Positions 25,819-36,426 are shown, counted from the first letter of the stretch. The stretch is 64,000 bases of DNA from a virus (IMGVR_UViG_3300002460_000003:1-64000); one strand, 5' to 3'. Numbers and translations are program-made. The notes: generated by a model from the sequence alone, not told the origin.

Positions 25819-27503
25819 ATGAGTGATTTTAGTTTCTCACCAGCGTCTAAGAAACAAGAATGGTTCTTATCAAGTGACGCTAATATTATTGTATATGGTG
25901 GTAAATTTGTGCCTCCATTTAAAACTCTCTTAAACGGGGAAAGCTAAGGGTAGATTACTACCTATGCCAATCCCGTGCCAATGTTTAAAGACAGTGCGTA
26001 GAGGCCATCGAAAACACACAGCAATGTGGAAGTGAGTAGAGTAGGGGTCAAGTGACTCCCGAAACAGAGAGAATTCTTTGAATTAAGAGTTGGTCCGACA
26101 ACACCTGAAAGGGTGGAAGAAGTTTAACGAACTTCAAAACTGATAAGGCAATGGGTGGTGGTAAGTCATATTGCGGCTTACTTCGCCATTTACGTTGGGT
26201 AGATGATCCACAATATCGTGGTTATGTAGTCCGTAAACAGCAAACAAGTATTATGGTTGCTGGTGGACTTTTTGACGAAGCTTATGGGTTATATAAAGCT
26301 TACGATCCAAATGTAAAACCAAATAAAAAAGCCATGACATTTACCTTCTCTTCCGGTGCGGTTGTGGCTATGGGTCACTGTGAAACCAATGAGGATGCTG
26401 AGAAATGGCGTGGTAGACAAGTATCGGCGTGCATGATCGACGAGGCCACACAGCTTCTAGAAGACCATGTTTTGGTTATTCTTTCTCGCCTACGATCTAA
26501 AGCAAAAATGGTTCCAAACCTTTTCTTAACTTGCAACCCGAACCCGGACAGTTTTGTTCGTCGTTGGATTGACTGGTGGATTATCCCTAAAGGTCAAGAG
26601 AATGCAGGAAGACCTGATCCAGAGCGTGATGGTAAGGTAAGATGGTTTATTCGTCAAAATAACGAAATGATTTGGGCAGACACAAGGCAAGAGTTACTTG
26701 ATACTTACGGAAGTCATGTACTCCCCCTCTCCTTACAATTCATCTCAGCAACAATCTACGATAACCCACCACTAATTAAATCCAACCCTGGATATCTTGC
26801 AAACCTTCAAGGTCTTAAACGTGTAAAACAAGAACGCGACCTTTACGGAAACTGGGATATTCGTGAAGATGCTTCTGGTTATTGGAAAGCCGAATGGCTT
26901 GGTGAACCAGTTAATCCATGTGATTTAGAAATTGTTTCTTACTGTAGAGCATGGGATATCGCTGGCTCGATCCCATCCGAATCCCTGCCAAATCCTGACT
27001 GGACTGCTGGAGTTTTAATAGGTAAAACAAAGACAGGGTTATATGTCATCGAAGATGTTGTGAGATTCAGAGCAAGGTTTGGTGAAGTCTTACAGAGAAT
27101 TATTGTTACCGCTAAATCTGATCCCGATGGTACTCAAATCATACTCCCCCAGGAGCCTGGACAAGCAGGAAAAGCTGCTGGTCAAATGATGATTAAAGAG
27201 CTTATTGAGGAAGGGTTCTACGCAAGAATGCGCCCATCTAATAAATCTAAAGTCATTCGTTTCCAACCTTTCGCAGCAGCAACAGAGGCTGGGTTAGTTA
27301 GATACGTGGCTGGTACTTGGAATGATGAGTATTTCTTTGAGCTAGAAGCATTCACTGGTGACAGAAAGAATAAGGATGACCAAGTGGACGCATCGTCTGA
27401 TGCCTTCATAACACTGGCTCAGAAAATGAATATACCAAACTTCCTCACAGGATTAAAATCAGCCGATTCTATCCTAACAACTACTAACCCATTTGCCCGA
27501 TAG
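25819..27503 (+). CDS. terL: terminase large subunit, spliced (exon 1 25819-25902, exon 2 26148-27503; 479 aa)
   Basis: splicing restores Walker A IIVYGG/AMGGGKS; Walker B MIDEA, TCNP, WDIA, EPGQAG, DDQVDA. Confidence 0.92.
25903..26147 (+). ncRNA. group I intron (IA2-like, 245 nt, no ORF)
   Basis: exon ends in U, intron ends in G; IGS GCCTCCAT pairs exon ATGGTGGT; P4 ACGGG/CCCGT; R GTAGAGGCCA; S AAGAGTTGGTCC; P9 CACC-TGAAAG-GGTG. Confidence 0.92.
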
Positions 27504-27511
27504 GAGGCTAT

Positions 27512-28999
27512 ATGGCTGAAACAGCCGTTGAGAGTGTTACTACACTTTCCCAAGGCGCAGACTCAACTATACCTCGGCTTAAACTAGGGCAATCAAGTTA
27601 CAACGGTCTTTGGACTCTCGGTGGTAACATCTTTGAAGAGTGCAATTCAGAACTACGTTGGCCCCGAGCAATTCATACTTATAAGAAGATGGCTAAAGAT
27701 GCCACCATTGCTCCTGCTCTCAACTTAGTTGAAATGGCAATTGCTCGTGTCCCTTGGAGCATTAAGATTCCAGAGGGTTATGAAGATCAGCTAAAAGATA
27801 AAGCTGTATTCCTTGAGCAAGTCATGGGTGATATGGAGGATAGTTTTGGATCATTCATCAGACGTGCTGCTACATTCAATCGTTATGGCTTTGCTCCTAT
27901 TGAAAAGGTGTATCGCAAGCGTTTAAAGGGTAATGGTAGTAAGTATGACGATGGGTTGATTGGTATTGAAAGTCTCCCTCTAATTGCACAGGATACTGTA
28001 GCCAGTTGGGATTGGGAAAAGAAAGGTCGTAAGTTATCAGGTCTTTGGCAATTCATTGTTGAACCATCAGGTAAGAGTAACGCTACGCTAGTAAATACGA
28101 ATAGTGAAGAATTCATTCGTCGTAAGAAGTTTATGTTGTTTCGCAACAACCCTCTGAAAGATAACCCTGAAGGTGAGTCACCTCTTAAAGCCTGTTGGGC
28201 TGCTTGGAAGTATAAGACTTCTTTAGAAGAGTTTGAAGCAATGGGTGTGTCAAGTGATATGCGAGGACTTAAAGTTCTTTATATCCCGCCACGCTACATG
28301 GCAGAGGATGCTAGTCCTGAAGATAAGGCTGTGTATGATTATTATAAAAATATCATGCGGAACCTGCATATGAATGAACAGAGTGGTTTGATTCTTCCTC
28401 AAGTCCTAGATGACCAAGGTGAACAATACTTTAAGTTTGATGTTATCTCTGTTACTGGTCAAAAGGCTCATGATGTAAACAAGATTATTGGTCGTTATAA
28501 GAATGAGATTATTTCTTCTCTTATGGCTTCTCAGCTTGTACTAGGTCAAGAAGGTGGTGGTTCATTCAGTCTTGCTGAGTCCCTACAGGGTATCTCAGAT
28601 ATGGCTATTGAGTCAAAGTTGATTGAGATTCAAGACCAACTCAACCATGACCTTATTCCTCAGTTGTTTGCTCTTAATGGTTGGGATACATCAGTCACTC
28701 CTCATTTCACCTTTGGTGATCTTAAGACTCCAGACCTCGATGTTCTATCTAAGTTTATTCAACGTGTTGGTGCGGCAGGAATGCTGAGTCAAGACCCACG
28801 TACAATTAACTGGATTGCTGAACAGGCGAACATGCCAGTTCCTTTTGATGACACTTCAATGGATATTGATGAAGGGCGTAAGCAACTGACAGGCTTCTCA
28901 TCTAATGCTGGTGAAGGTATGCAGGAAGGTATGCCATCTGGAACAGGTAGTGCTACAGGCGGTGGTGATCAATCAACTGGCAACTCGGAGAACACATAA
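27512..28999 (+). CDS. portal protein (DUF935-like)
   Basis: follows terL; NPEGESPLKACW..WKYK, GSFSLAE motifs. Confidence 0.88.
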   Translation: MAETAVESVTTLSQGADSTIPRLKLGQSSYNGLWTLGGNIFEECNSELRWPRAIHTYKKMAKDATIAPALNLVEMAIARVPWSIKIPEGYEDQLKDKAVFLEQVMGDMEDSFGSFIRRAATFNRYGFAPIEKVYRKRLKGNGSKYDDGLIGIESLPLIAQDTVASWDWEKKGRKLSGLWQFIVEPSGKSNATLVNTNSEEFIRRKKFMLFRNNPLKDNPEGESPLKACWAAWKYKTSLEEFEAMGVSSDMRGLKVLYIPPRYMAEDASPEDKAVYDYYKNIMRNLHMNEQSGLILPQVLDDQGEQYFKFDVISVTGQKAHDVNKIIGRYKNEIISSLMASQLVLGQEGGGSFSLAESLQGISDMAIESKLIEIQDQLNHDLIPQLFALNGWDTSVTPHFTFGDLKTPDLDVLSKFIQRVGAAGMLSQDPRTINWIAEQANMPVPFDDTSMDIDEGRKQLTGFSSNAGEGMQEGMPSGTGSATGGGDQSTGNSENT

Positions 29000-29631
29000 T
29001 GCCGTGGACGAAGAGTAAATTGCCGAACGCAGCAAAGAATCTCACAGACAAACAAAAAGAGATATTTGTAGCAGTGGCTAATAGCGTTCTAAAAGATACT
29101 GGGGATGAGGGGCAAGCAATTGCCTCTGGTCTTGCAGCAGCGAAAAAGGAAAAGGGTATGAAGAAAAGTTTCGCTGAATCTTTAGGCGAACTCATTGAGA
29201 AACATTTTGGTGGTAGTGAACAAGAAGCTGAAGCAGTTGAGCAAGTAACCAAGTCTGTTAATGAGGAGCAACGTTTAGCTCTATTCATTGTACTAGAACC
29301 ACAAGATGGTGGCGATACTACTACAGACCTACATGGTGATACTTACACTGTAGAAGAAGTTGAGAAAGCTTGTCATAACTTCAATCAACATTGCATGAAA
29401 GCTAATCTATTCCACAAAGTTGAAACAGAAGAAGCTAAGATTGTTGAGAGTTATGTAGCCCCTGTTGATTTTGTTCTCGACGATAAAACAATTAAAAAAG
29501 GCACTTGGTTGCAAAGTTGGTACTTCCCAGAAACAGAAGTAGGTGAACTCCTATGGAAATCTGTTAAAGATGGGACTGTCAATGGAGTTTCAATCCAAGG
29601 TCGAGCCACTACGGAGAGATTGGATGACTAA
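28999..29631 (+). CDS. ChaB-like domain fused to XkdF-like prohead protease
   Basis: MPW..LP..KNL..KEIF..ANS (ChaB); DLHGD..EKACHNF..ESY.AP..KGTW..NGVSIQG (XkdF). Confidence 0.75.
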   Translation: MPWTKSKLPNAAKNLTDKQKEIFVAVANSVLKDTGDEGQAIASGLAAAKKEKGMKKSFAESLGELIEKHFGGSEQEAEAVEQVTKSVNEEQRLALFIVLEPQDGGDTTTDLHGDTYTVEEVEKACHNFNQHCMKANLFHKVETEEAKIVESYVAPVDFVLDDKTIKKGTWLQSWYFPETEVGELLWKSVKDGTVNGVSIQGRATTERLDD

Positions 29632-30607
29632 AGCTATTAAGGCAACACGAAAGTTGTCTAACTTTAACTTTGATTTTGAAGGTGCTGCTGTTGCCCTTGT
29701 TGGTCCCGCTGTAGGGGGAAGTGCAAATGGCCACACAACTTTACTAACCAAAAGCTTAGAGGGTATCACTGAAGAACAAGTAGATAAAGCTACAGAAGTA
29801 CAAGTCACAATGAATATTGTTGATTTTCTCTGTAAGTTCTACCATCTCTGGTATGAAGATGCCATTGTTCTAGCTACTGCTTTTGGATATGACGTTGGTG
29901 ATGCAGGTTATTCTTTTGATGAATCTGCTTCTGAATATGATGAATATATCCAAGAGAAAGTTGATGCTATCCAAGTAATGAAGTCATTGGTTCTTGATAA
30001 AGAGATTGATGACATTAAGAAAGCTGTTGCTGAGTTGTCAGCAGAAGATTACTTACTCATTCTTAAAGCACAAGAACAATTTGAAAAGAACTTTGAAGCT
30101 GCAACCCTAAAAGTTGAAGCTATCAAGAAGTCCTCTGGCATTCCAGCCAAGGGCGTTAGTGTATCGGAAGATACAAAGTCTCCCTCCGTGGAAATTCAAA
30201 AACAAGAAGAGGACTCTATGTCTGAGTTTATTACAAAAGCTGCACACGAAGAAGCAGTGAGCAAGGCAATCGAAGTTGCCCTTGCCCCTGTACAAGAAGA
30301 ACTAAAGAAAGCCAAGGAACAACTTGAAGTAGTTGAACTTGCTAAATTAGAAGCTGTAGCAAAAGCGCGTAAAGCTGCAATTGCTGAAGTAGAGAAAGAT
30401 GAAGCAGCCGCTGAAGCACTCTACAAATCCCTTGAAGCTGTCTCCGATGAAAGCTTTGAAGTGATCGTTAAATCACTCAAAGCCAAAGAAGAAAAGCTAG
30501 AAGATTCCGACCTCTTCAAACAGAAGAGCAAGAATACCGAAGTTGAAGAGCCTGTTGCAGAGAACGCTACTTCTGCAATTCTTAAAGCAAAATATCAAAA
30601 TCAATAA
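29624..30607 (+). CDS. capsid maturation/scaffold protein (start 29624)
   Basis: GGAG SD before MTKAIK; VALVG..SANG motif; C-terminal Glu/Lys/Ala coiled coil. Confidence 0.75.
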   Translation: MTKAIKATRKLSNFNFDFEGAAVALVGPAVGGSANGHTTLLTKSLEGITEEQVDKATEVQVTMNIVDFLCKFYHLWYEDAIVLATAFGYDVGDAGYSFDESASEYDEYIQEKVDAIQVMKSLVLDKEIDDIKKAVAELSAEDYLLILKAQEQFEKNFEAATLKVEAIKKSSGIPAKGVSVSEDTKSPSVEIQKQEEDSMSEFITKAAHEEAVSKAIEVALAPVQEELKKAKEQLEVVELAKLEAVAKARKAAIAEVEKDEAAAEALYKSLEAVSDESFEVIVKSLKAKEEKLEDSDLFKQKSKNTEVEEPVAENATSAILKAKYQNQ

Positions 30608-30625
30608 TATCTCGGAGATATAAAT

Positions 30626-31024
30626 ATGCCCACTATTGCTACTGACACTTTCCGTCTGAGCCACCTTGTAAAGAAAGAACTATGGCCAGAAAAAGGCTTC
30701 TGCCGTTTGGAAGTCACCGTAAACGAAGCCACTGCTAAAACTTATGCTGTTGGTACTGTTCTAGGTAAAGTTACCGCTGACGGTAAGTACAAAATTGCCG
30801 TACAGACTGCCGTTGATGGTAGTGCTGTTGCCGCTGCAATCGTACTTGACGACCATTCCATTGCTGCCACCACCGACACTAAGATTGTCGTTCTTGTTAA
30901 AGGCCCAGCAGAAGTATCTAAGGGTGCGTTGGTACTCGATGCTACTTATGACCTCGATGCAGAAAAAGATGTTGTATATGCATCTCTAGAAGCCCTAAAC
31001 ATTAACGTCGCACCAACAGTATAA
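30626..31024 (+). CDS. head decoration protein
   Basis: GTVLGKVTADGKY..DGS..AAAIV motif, directly before MCP. Confidence 0.85.
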   Translation: MPTIATDTFRLSHLVKKELWPEKGFCRLEVTVNEATAKTYAVGTVLGKVTADGKYKIAVQTAVDGSAVAAAIVLDDHSIAATTDTKIVVLVKGPAEVSKGALVLDATYDLDAEKDVVYASLEALNINVAPTV

Positions 31025-31038
31025 GGATTAAATAGAAT

Positions 31039-32067
31039 ATGGCTATTATTCGTAGTTTTGACAACCCGTTTGAACTAGTAGACTGGACCCAAGACCTCTT
31101 GGTCGTCCCCAACCTCTACGGTAAGATTCAAAACATGGGTCTGTTCGATGTTGAAAGTGTTTCACAGAACACCGTAACCTTCGAGAAAATCAACCAGTCT
31201 CTGGGTCTTGTTGGCGACCGTCCTCGTGGCGTCCGTAACAACGTTTCCCAAGATTACCTTCGTGAACTGAAGAGCTATCCTGTTCCTCACTTCCCACTAG
31301 ACGATGCTATCAAGCCTGAAGATATTCAGGGTAAAGCAGCCTACGGTGGTAGCGGTACTGGTCAACCAGAAGTTCTAGATATGGTTCGTGCCCGCAAGAT
31401 TGAACGTATTCGTCGTTCACATGCACAAACCCTAGAAGTTGCTCGTGCTCAGATGCTAACTGCTGGTACTGTGTATGCTCCTAATGGTACTGTTGTTGTT
31501 GACGTTTACTCTGACTTCGGCATTACCCGTAAAGAAGTTGACTTCGTACTCGGCACTGGCACCACTGAAGTTATCCTAAAGGGTGAGGAAGTAATTGCTC
31601 ACATCCAAGATAACCTATTCACTGGTGACATCGTTACTGAAGTTGTGGCTCTTTGCCACCCAACCTTCTTCAACAAGCTGATCACCCAAGCTAACGTTAA
31701 GACTGCTTACCAGTATTACACTAGCACCCAAGAGCCTCTGCGTAACCGTCTGGGCACTGGTCTGGATCGTGAGTTTGTTTACGGTGGCATCCGTTATGTT
31801 GAGTATCGTGGTTATGCTCCAGATGGCGTTACCCCGCTAATCACCGCTGGCGAAGCTCGTGCTTTCCCAATGGGTACTACTGATGTGTTCAAAACTTACT
31901 TTGGCCCAGCCAACCGTTTTGAATTCAGCAACACCCTAGGTCTAGAAGCATATATGTTTGAAGAACGTAATCCTTCAGATACTGAAATCACCCTTCAGTC
32001 TGAGTCTAACTTCATCAACCTGATGCGTCGTCCTCAAGTAGTAGTTCGTATGTTCAGCTCCAACTAA
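31039..32067 (+). CDS. major capsid protein (lambda gpE-like family)
   Basis: VPHFPLDDAIKPEDIQG, TYFGPAN, QSESN..RP; highly biased codons. Confidence 0.92.
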   Translation: MAIIRSFDNPFELVDWTQDLLVVPNLYGKIQNMGLFDVESVSQNTVTFEKINQSLGLVGDRPRGVRNNVSQDYLRELKSYPVPHFPLDDAIKPEDIQGKAAYGGSGTGQPEVLDMVRARKIERIRRSHAQTLEVARAQMLTAGTVYAPNGTVVVDVYSDFGITRKEVDFVLGTGTTEVILKGEEVIAHIQDNLFTGDIVTEVVALCHPTFFNKLITQANVKTAYQYYTSTQEPLRNRLGTGLDREFVYGGIRYVEYRGYAPDGVTPLITAGEARAFPMGTTDVFKTYFGPANRFEFSNTLGLEAYMFEERNPSDTEITLQSESNFINLMRRPQVVVRMFSSN

Positions 32068-32082
32068 TAGTGGAGTCTATAG

Positions 32083-32110
32083 TGCTGGGGTCGAAAGACC
32101 CCTTGCATTT
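32083..32110 (+). terminator. terminator after MCP
   Basis: GGGGTC-GAAA-GACCCC hairpin then TTGCATTT. Confidence 0.7.
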
Positions 32111-32128
32111 CCACTTTAAGGAGTTTTT

Positions 32129-32569
32129 ATGGCACTAACACCCGTACAAACAGTAAGACTTCTTATTGGTGATACACCAACATCCCCATTCTATCAACTG
32201 TTCTCTGATGAAGAGATTCAACAGTTCCTAGATTTGAATGGACAGAATATTATGCAAGCTGCTCGTTTGGCAGCTATCGCAGCAAGTATGCAATTAGCTG
32301 GTTACTCTTCAAGAGAGCGTACCGGAGATATTGAAGTCTGGTCTAACCTATCTACAGCATACTTAAAAGCACTAGAAAACTTCATTAATGACAGTAGTAG
32401 TGCAAACCTTCCTAATGGTTTGATGCCTTATGCATCTGGTATTAGTTGGGCAGATTTCAACGCTAACAATGATAATCCAGATAATATTAGAAGCCCCCTT
32501 ACACAAGTTAAGATTTGTGATACAGACTGGTGGAATGATAGTGATCCGTTCAACCTAACTACATTGTAA
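32129..32569 (+). CDS. head-tail adaptor
   Basis: VRLLIGD..FSDEEI motif after MCP. Confidence 0.75.
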   Translation: MALTPVQTVRLLIGDTPTSPFYQLFSDEEIQQFLDLNGQNIMQAARLAAIAASMQLAGYSSRERTGDIEVWSNLSTAYLKALENFINDSSSANLPNGLMPYASGISWADFNANNDNPDNIRSPLTQVKICDTDWWNDSDPFNLTTL

Positions 32570-32579
32570 GGAGTAAGTT

Positions 32580-32948
32580 ATGTTAAAACCTACTTTCTTA
32601 CTAACCAAAAGTATAGAACTAACTGTCTATAGAAAGACACAGGGTAGTTATGTAAATGGTGATTGGGTTGAGGGAGCTGAAGCTGAGATTATTAGAACAG
32701 TTAATATCCAACCACTAAAACCAAATGAAATACTTATGCTACCAGAAGCTGAAAGAACACGGCAATGGTGGAAAGTATACTCAGATGAAGACCTTCGTAC
32801 AGATAAAGAAGGTGCTAGTGGTTACTCTGCTGATGAGTTTATTTATCAGGGAGAGCGCTACAAGGTTATGAAAGTTAGTAACTATGAGATGGGTATTTTA
32901 AATCATCACAAGGCTCTAGCTACAAGAATTGAGTTAACTCCAAACTGA
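32580..32948 (+). CDS. head closure/completion protein
   Basis: GSYVNGDW..IQPL..LPE.ER; position. Confidence 0.7.
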   Translation: MLKPTFLLTKSIELTVYRKTQGSYVNGDWVEGAEAEIIRTVNIQPLKPNEILMLPEAERTRQWWKVYSDEDLRTDKEGASGYSADEFIYQGERYKVMKVSNYEMGILNHHKALATRIELTPN

Positions 32949-32949
32949 G

Positions 32950-33450
32950 GTGTATATGGCTTTAGTTGATAAAGGGGGTTATCTAGTTGATGATGCTGTC
33001 TGGAAGAAGATGAGAAAGAACCTCGAAAGGGGTAATCATCTGGCAGCTAAGATTGGTTTCTTTCAAGATTCTACGTATGGTCCTGAGAACGACAACCTAA
33101 CAGTTGCACAGGTTGCTCAGTGGCAAGAAGAGGGTAACGATAAAATTCCAATGCGTCCATTCATCCGAAGTGGGTTTATGGAGAAGGTTCAACAAGAGAA
33201 GTGGATAACTCCTCAAGTGCTTGGTTGGATTGATGATATTGCAATGGGCAAGTCAACGTGGACTGCCATGTATAACAAATTAGGCCCAGTCTTTGTAAAG
33301 ATGATGCAAGATGAGATTAGAGACTGGAAGATACCAATGAACGCCCCACTCACTGTACAACTTAAGGGGTTCAACGATCCTCTTATTGATACAGGTAAGA
33401 TGTTAGATAGTGTTGATTATCTATTAGGTCGTAAGTCTGGAGGACAGTAG
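32950..33450 (+). CDS. neck/tail completion protein
   Basis: IPMRPF, NAPLT..KGFNDPLIDTG.M motifs. Confidence 0.75.
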   Translation: MYMALVDKGGYLVDDAVWKKMRKNLERGNHLAAKIGFFQDSTYGPENDNLTVAQVAQWQEEGNDKIPMRPFIRSGFMEKVQQEKWITPQVLGWIDDIAMGKSTWTAMYNKLGPVFVKMMQDEIRDWKIPMNAPLTVQLKGFNDPLIDTGKMLDSVDYLLGRKSGGQ

Positions 33451-34001
33451 TGTCTATATACTCAGATGTAAGAACTGCTGTTAGGTCAGGAGTATTAAAG
33501 GTCTTTGAAGGTAATGTCCCAGCAGTCGAGGTTATCTACTCACACCTTAACGGTAATGAACCAGCTAATCCTTACGTTGTAGTTCAGATTGTAAATGTAC
33601 AACAAAAGGGTAGAGTCCAGACAGCTACATTCACCGATGATGGTGATGAATTTGGATTAAATAAGAACCTCTGGTTTAAGACCCATTATGAAGTCATGGT
33701 TCAGTTTAGCTTTTGTGGATCAACTGCTGGTGACTTAGCTTTTGAATTTAATAATGCAATCCTAAACAATATAGTGATAATAGAAGAATTCCAAAAAAGT
33801 AAACTATCACCTATTAGGAAAAGTCTTCTAAGACGAGCACCAATGCTACGTGACACACAGTGGATTGAATATCAAAACATGGATGTGACATTTAGTTATG
33901 CCGTACAAACCATTCAGCCGATTGATTGGGTGGAAAAGGTTGTATTGGTTGATGAAGTATCTGGTGAGATTTTCACCATCCCTGAAACACCTATTCCATA
34001 A
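33450..34001 (+). CDS. tail terminator / neck protein
   Basis: position before sheath. Confidence 0.65.
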   Translation: MSIYSDVRTAVRSGVLKVFEGNVPAVEVIYSHLNGNEPANPYVVVQIVNVQQKGRVQTATFTDDGDEFGLNKNLWFKTHYEVMVQFSFCGSTAGDLAFEFNNAILNNIVIIEEFQKSKLSPIRKSLLRRAPMLRDTQWIEYQNMDVTFSYAVQTIQPIDWVEKVVLVDEVSGEIFTIPETPIP

Positions 34002-34032
34002 ACAAAATAAGCTAATAAAAGAGGATACTCAA

Positions 34033-35328
34033 TTGGCCGAATTAGACCAGATTGTACAAATTTTTATCACACGCGAAACGGCACAGATTGATACTGCCAG
34101 TTTCGACATCCCCGCTGTCCTTGCAACCTTTACCAACTTCTCAGAGCGTACCCGTACCTATACTAGCATTACTGGTGTTGCTGATGACTTCCCTTCAACT
34201 AGTAATGTTTACAAGATGGCATCTGCCCTGTTTGGTCAGACACTAAAGCCAACTAGCATTGTTGTTGGTCGTCGTCAAGTAGATGGTGTTGCTGGTTCAG
34301 TAGCCACTGTAGCCAATAGCACAACCTATACTGTAACCATTAATGGTACTATCTTTACTTTCACATCCGATGTTGATGCTACTGCTGTAGAGATTGTTGC
34401 TGGCCTTAAAGCTGCATATGACCTTGCTCCTATTTCAGGTATCACTTTCGTTGATAACCTTGACGGTACTTTTGATGTATCCGTAGTCACTCCCGGTACT
34501 GCTTGGTCAATCGTAGCCTCTACTAATCTGACTCTGGTGAATGATACTCCAACTGAGACTTGGACTGAAGCTCTTGAAGCAGTAGAAGACAGCAACAGCG
34601 TTTGGTATGCCCTAACTTGTGAATCACACGTTAAAGCAGATATCCTTGAACTGGCTGCTGCTATTCAGGCACGCCGTAAGATTTATGGTACATCTACTCA
34701 AGACACCGATGTCCCTACTGCTGCAATTACTGATGTTGCTACTGCTCTTTCTGATGCAAACTATGATCGTACATTTATTGTATATCTACCAACCGCTGAT
34801 GCTGACTATCCAGAGTGTGCTTGGATTGGTAGCCAACTTCCTGAAGTACCTGGTTCTAACACTTGGAACTTTAAATCAGTAAGTGGCCCAACTGTTAGTT
34901 CCCTGACTGATACTCAACGGGTTAACCTCCGTAGCAAGAATTGCAATATGTACACTCGCGTAGCTGGTGTAGAAATCTTCCAAGATGGTGTTGTCTCTAG
35001 CTCAGAGTTCATTGACGTGATGATCTTTATTGACTGGGTATATGCCCGTCTACAAGAGGCCATCTTCTTCCGTCTAATCAATAGCAAGAAGATTCCATAT
35101 ACTCGTGTTGGTGCCACTATCATTGAAAACGAGATTCGTACTGTACTCACCCAAGGTGTTACTAACGGTGGTATTGCACCTAATCCTGCCTTCACAGTAG
35201 AAGCTCCAGACCCATTGGCAATTTCCCCCACCCTCCGTGCTCAACGTACTATGGGTGATTTCCTGTTCAACTTCCGCTTGGCTGGTGCTGTGCATAAGGT
35301 TGTTGTTCGTGGCGTGGCTGGGGTTTAA
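34033..35328 (+). CDS. tail sheath protein (DUF3383-like), TTG start at 34033
   Basis: GAGGA SD + TTG; PGS.TW.FK, FID..FIDW..RLQE, KIPYT..G, LAGAVH. Confidence 0.88.
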   Translation: MAELDQIVQIFITRETAQIDTASFDIPAVLATFTNFSERTRTYTSITGVADDFPSTSNVYKMASALFGQTLKPTSIVVGRRQVDGVAGSVATVANSTTYTVTINGTIFTFTSDVDATAVEIVAGLKAAYDLAPISGITFVDNLDGTFDVSVVTPGTAWSIVASTNLTLVNDTPTETWTEALEAVEDSNSVWYALTCESHVKADILELAAAIQARRKIYGTSTQDTDVPTAAITDVATALSDANYDRTFIVYLPTADADYPECAWIGSQLPEVPGSNTWNFKSVSGPTVSSLTDTQRVNLRSKNCNMYTRVAGVEIFQDGVVSSSEFIDVMIFIDWVYARLQEAIFFRLINSKKIPYTRVGATIIENEIRTVLTQGVTNGGIAPNPAFTVEAPDPLAISPTLRAQRTMGDFLFNFRLAGAVHKVVVRGVAGV

Positions 35329-35339
35329 GGAGAACTATT

Positions 35340-35864
35340 ATGGCAACTTCACAAACTCTAAAGTCCTACTCCCCTGAAGACATGACAATCATTCTGTCTA
35401 ACAGCCAGTTTTCTCATGTTATTACTGGTTATGCAGATGGTTCGTTTCTGACTATCACTCGGGAAACTCCAGCTTCAACTCTCTACGTTGGTGCTGATCT
35501 AAGTAATGCTCGTGTTGTTCGTGCTAACAAAGCATCAACAATCACACTGAGCCTTCACCAAGCTTCTGACTCAACTGATGTTCTTTCTCAGCTTCTAGCT
35601 AATGATGAAGAAACTCGTGATGAGACTTGGTTGTTCAGTGTAACTATCAAGGATAACATTGGTCGTAGTGTTTACTACAGCCCACAAGCTTTCATTGGTA
35701 ATCATCCAGACGCTATGTATAGCACTGGTATTGAGAACCGTGATTGGGTAATTCAGTGTGTAAGTCTCTCCAACCTACAAGGCGGTAATGGCAAGTTCGA
35801 TCCTGATACTTTGTCAACCCTTGAAGCTATTGGTGGTACTGTTGCTGATAAGTGGCGACCATAA
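35340..35864 (+). CDS. tail tube protein
   Basis: YSPED..ITGYADGSF..ITLSL.Q.S..REW-type motif; follows sheath. Confidence 0.8.
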   Translation: MATSQTLKSYSPEDMTIILSNSQFSHVITGYADGSFLTITRETPASTLYVGADLSNARVVRANKASTITLSLHQASDSTDVLSQLLANDEETRDETWLFSVTIKDNIGRSVYYSPQAFIGNHPDAMYSTGIENRDWVIQCVSLSNLQGGNGKFDPDTLSTLEAIGGTVADKWRP

Positions 35865-35879
35865 TAGTTCCTTTGTTTA

Positions 35880-35907
35880 TGGGGCTTGAAATATAGCCCC
35901 TATTTTA
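35880..35907 (+). terminator. terminator
   Basis: GGGGCT-TGAAATAT-AGCCCC-TATTTT. Confidence 0.7.
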
Positions 35908-35919
35908 TAAGGAATTTAT

Positions 35920-36426
35920 ATGTCTAATAGTTTGAATCACTATTCACCTGAAGATATCACTGTACTGTTGTTTGGTGTTGTACCACTCACAGGCTTTATC
36001 TCAGGTACATTTGTAAACATCTCTAAAGACCTTGCCCCATATAGTTCAGCTAGAACTAGTGATGGGCAAGTTGCAAGACTTTATAACAACGATCAAACTT
36101 ATACTATTACCCTGACGTTACAAAATACGTCAGAAGGTAATGAGATATTAAATAAGTTATTGTTGATTGATGAGATTACCCAACGTGGTAAGTTTCCTCT
36201 ACTAATTAAAGACCAACTAGGTAGTAGCATATTCTTTAGTACAACTAGTTGGATTGAAGGTGTCCCAGATGTTGGTTATGGGCCAGACATCTCAGAACGT
36301 ACATGGAATATCAGAAGCAGTCAAGGTGTTAACTACATTGGTGGTAATGCTGATGCTAGTTCTCTTATTGATGACCTCTTAAATACTGTAGCCGCTGCTG
36401 CACCAATCTTAGAGGGACTTTTCTAA
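35920..36426 (+). CDS. tail-tube-like protein (paralog)
   Basis: YSPED..TGF..GTF..KDQLG..RTW, same pattern as 35340. Confidence 0.75.
   Translation: MSNSLNHYSPEDITVLLFGVVPLTGFISGTFVNISKDLAPYSSARTSDGQVARLYNNDQTYTITLTLQNTSEGNEILNKLLLIDEITQRGKFPLLIKDQLGSSIFFSTTSWIEGVPDVGYGPDISERTWNIRSSQGVNYIGGNADASSLIDDLLNTVAAAAPILEGLF

Noticed and set aside
26151-27503. ORF-track TerL starting at MGGGKS
   Set aside because: Start lies inside the Walker A motif; the real N-terminus is in exon 1 upstream of the intron
33898-34032. N-terminal extension of the sheath ORF
   Set aside because: Overlaps the upstream gene; the SD supports a TTG start at 34033
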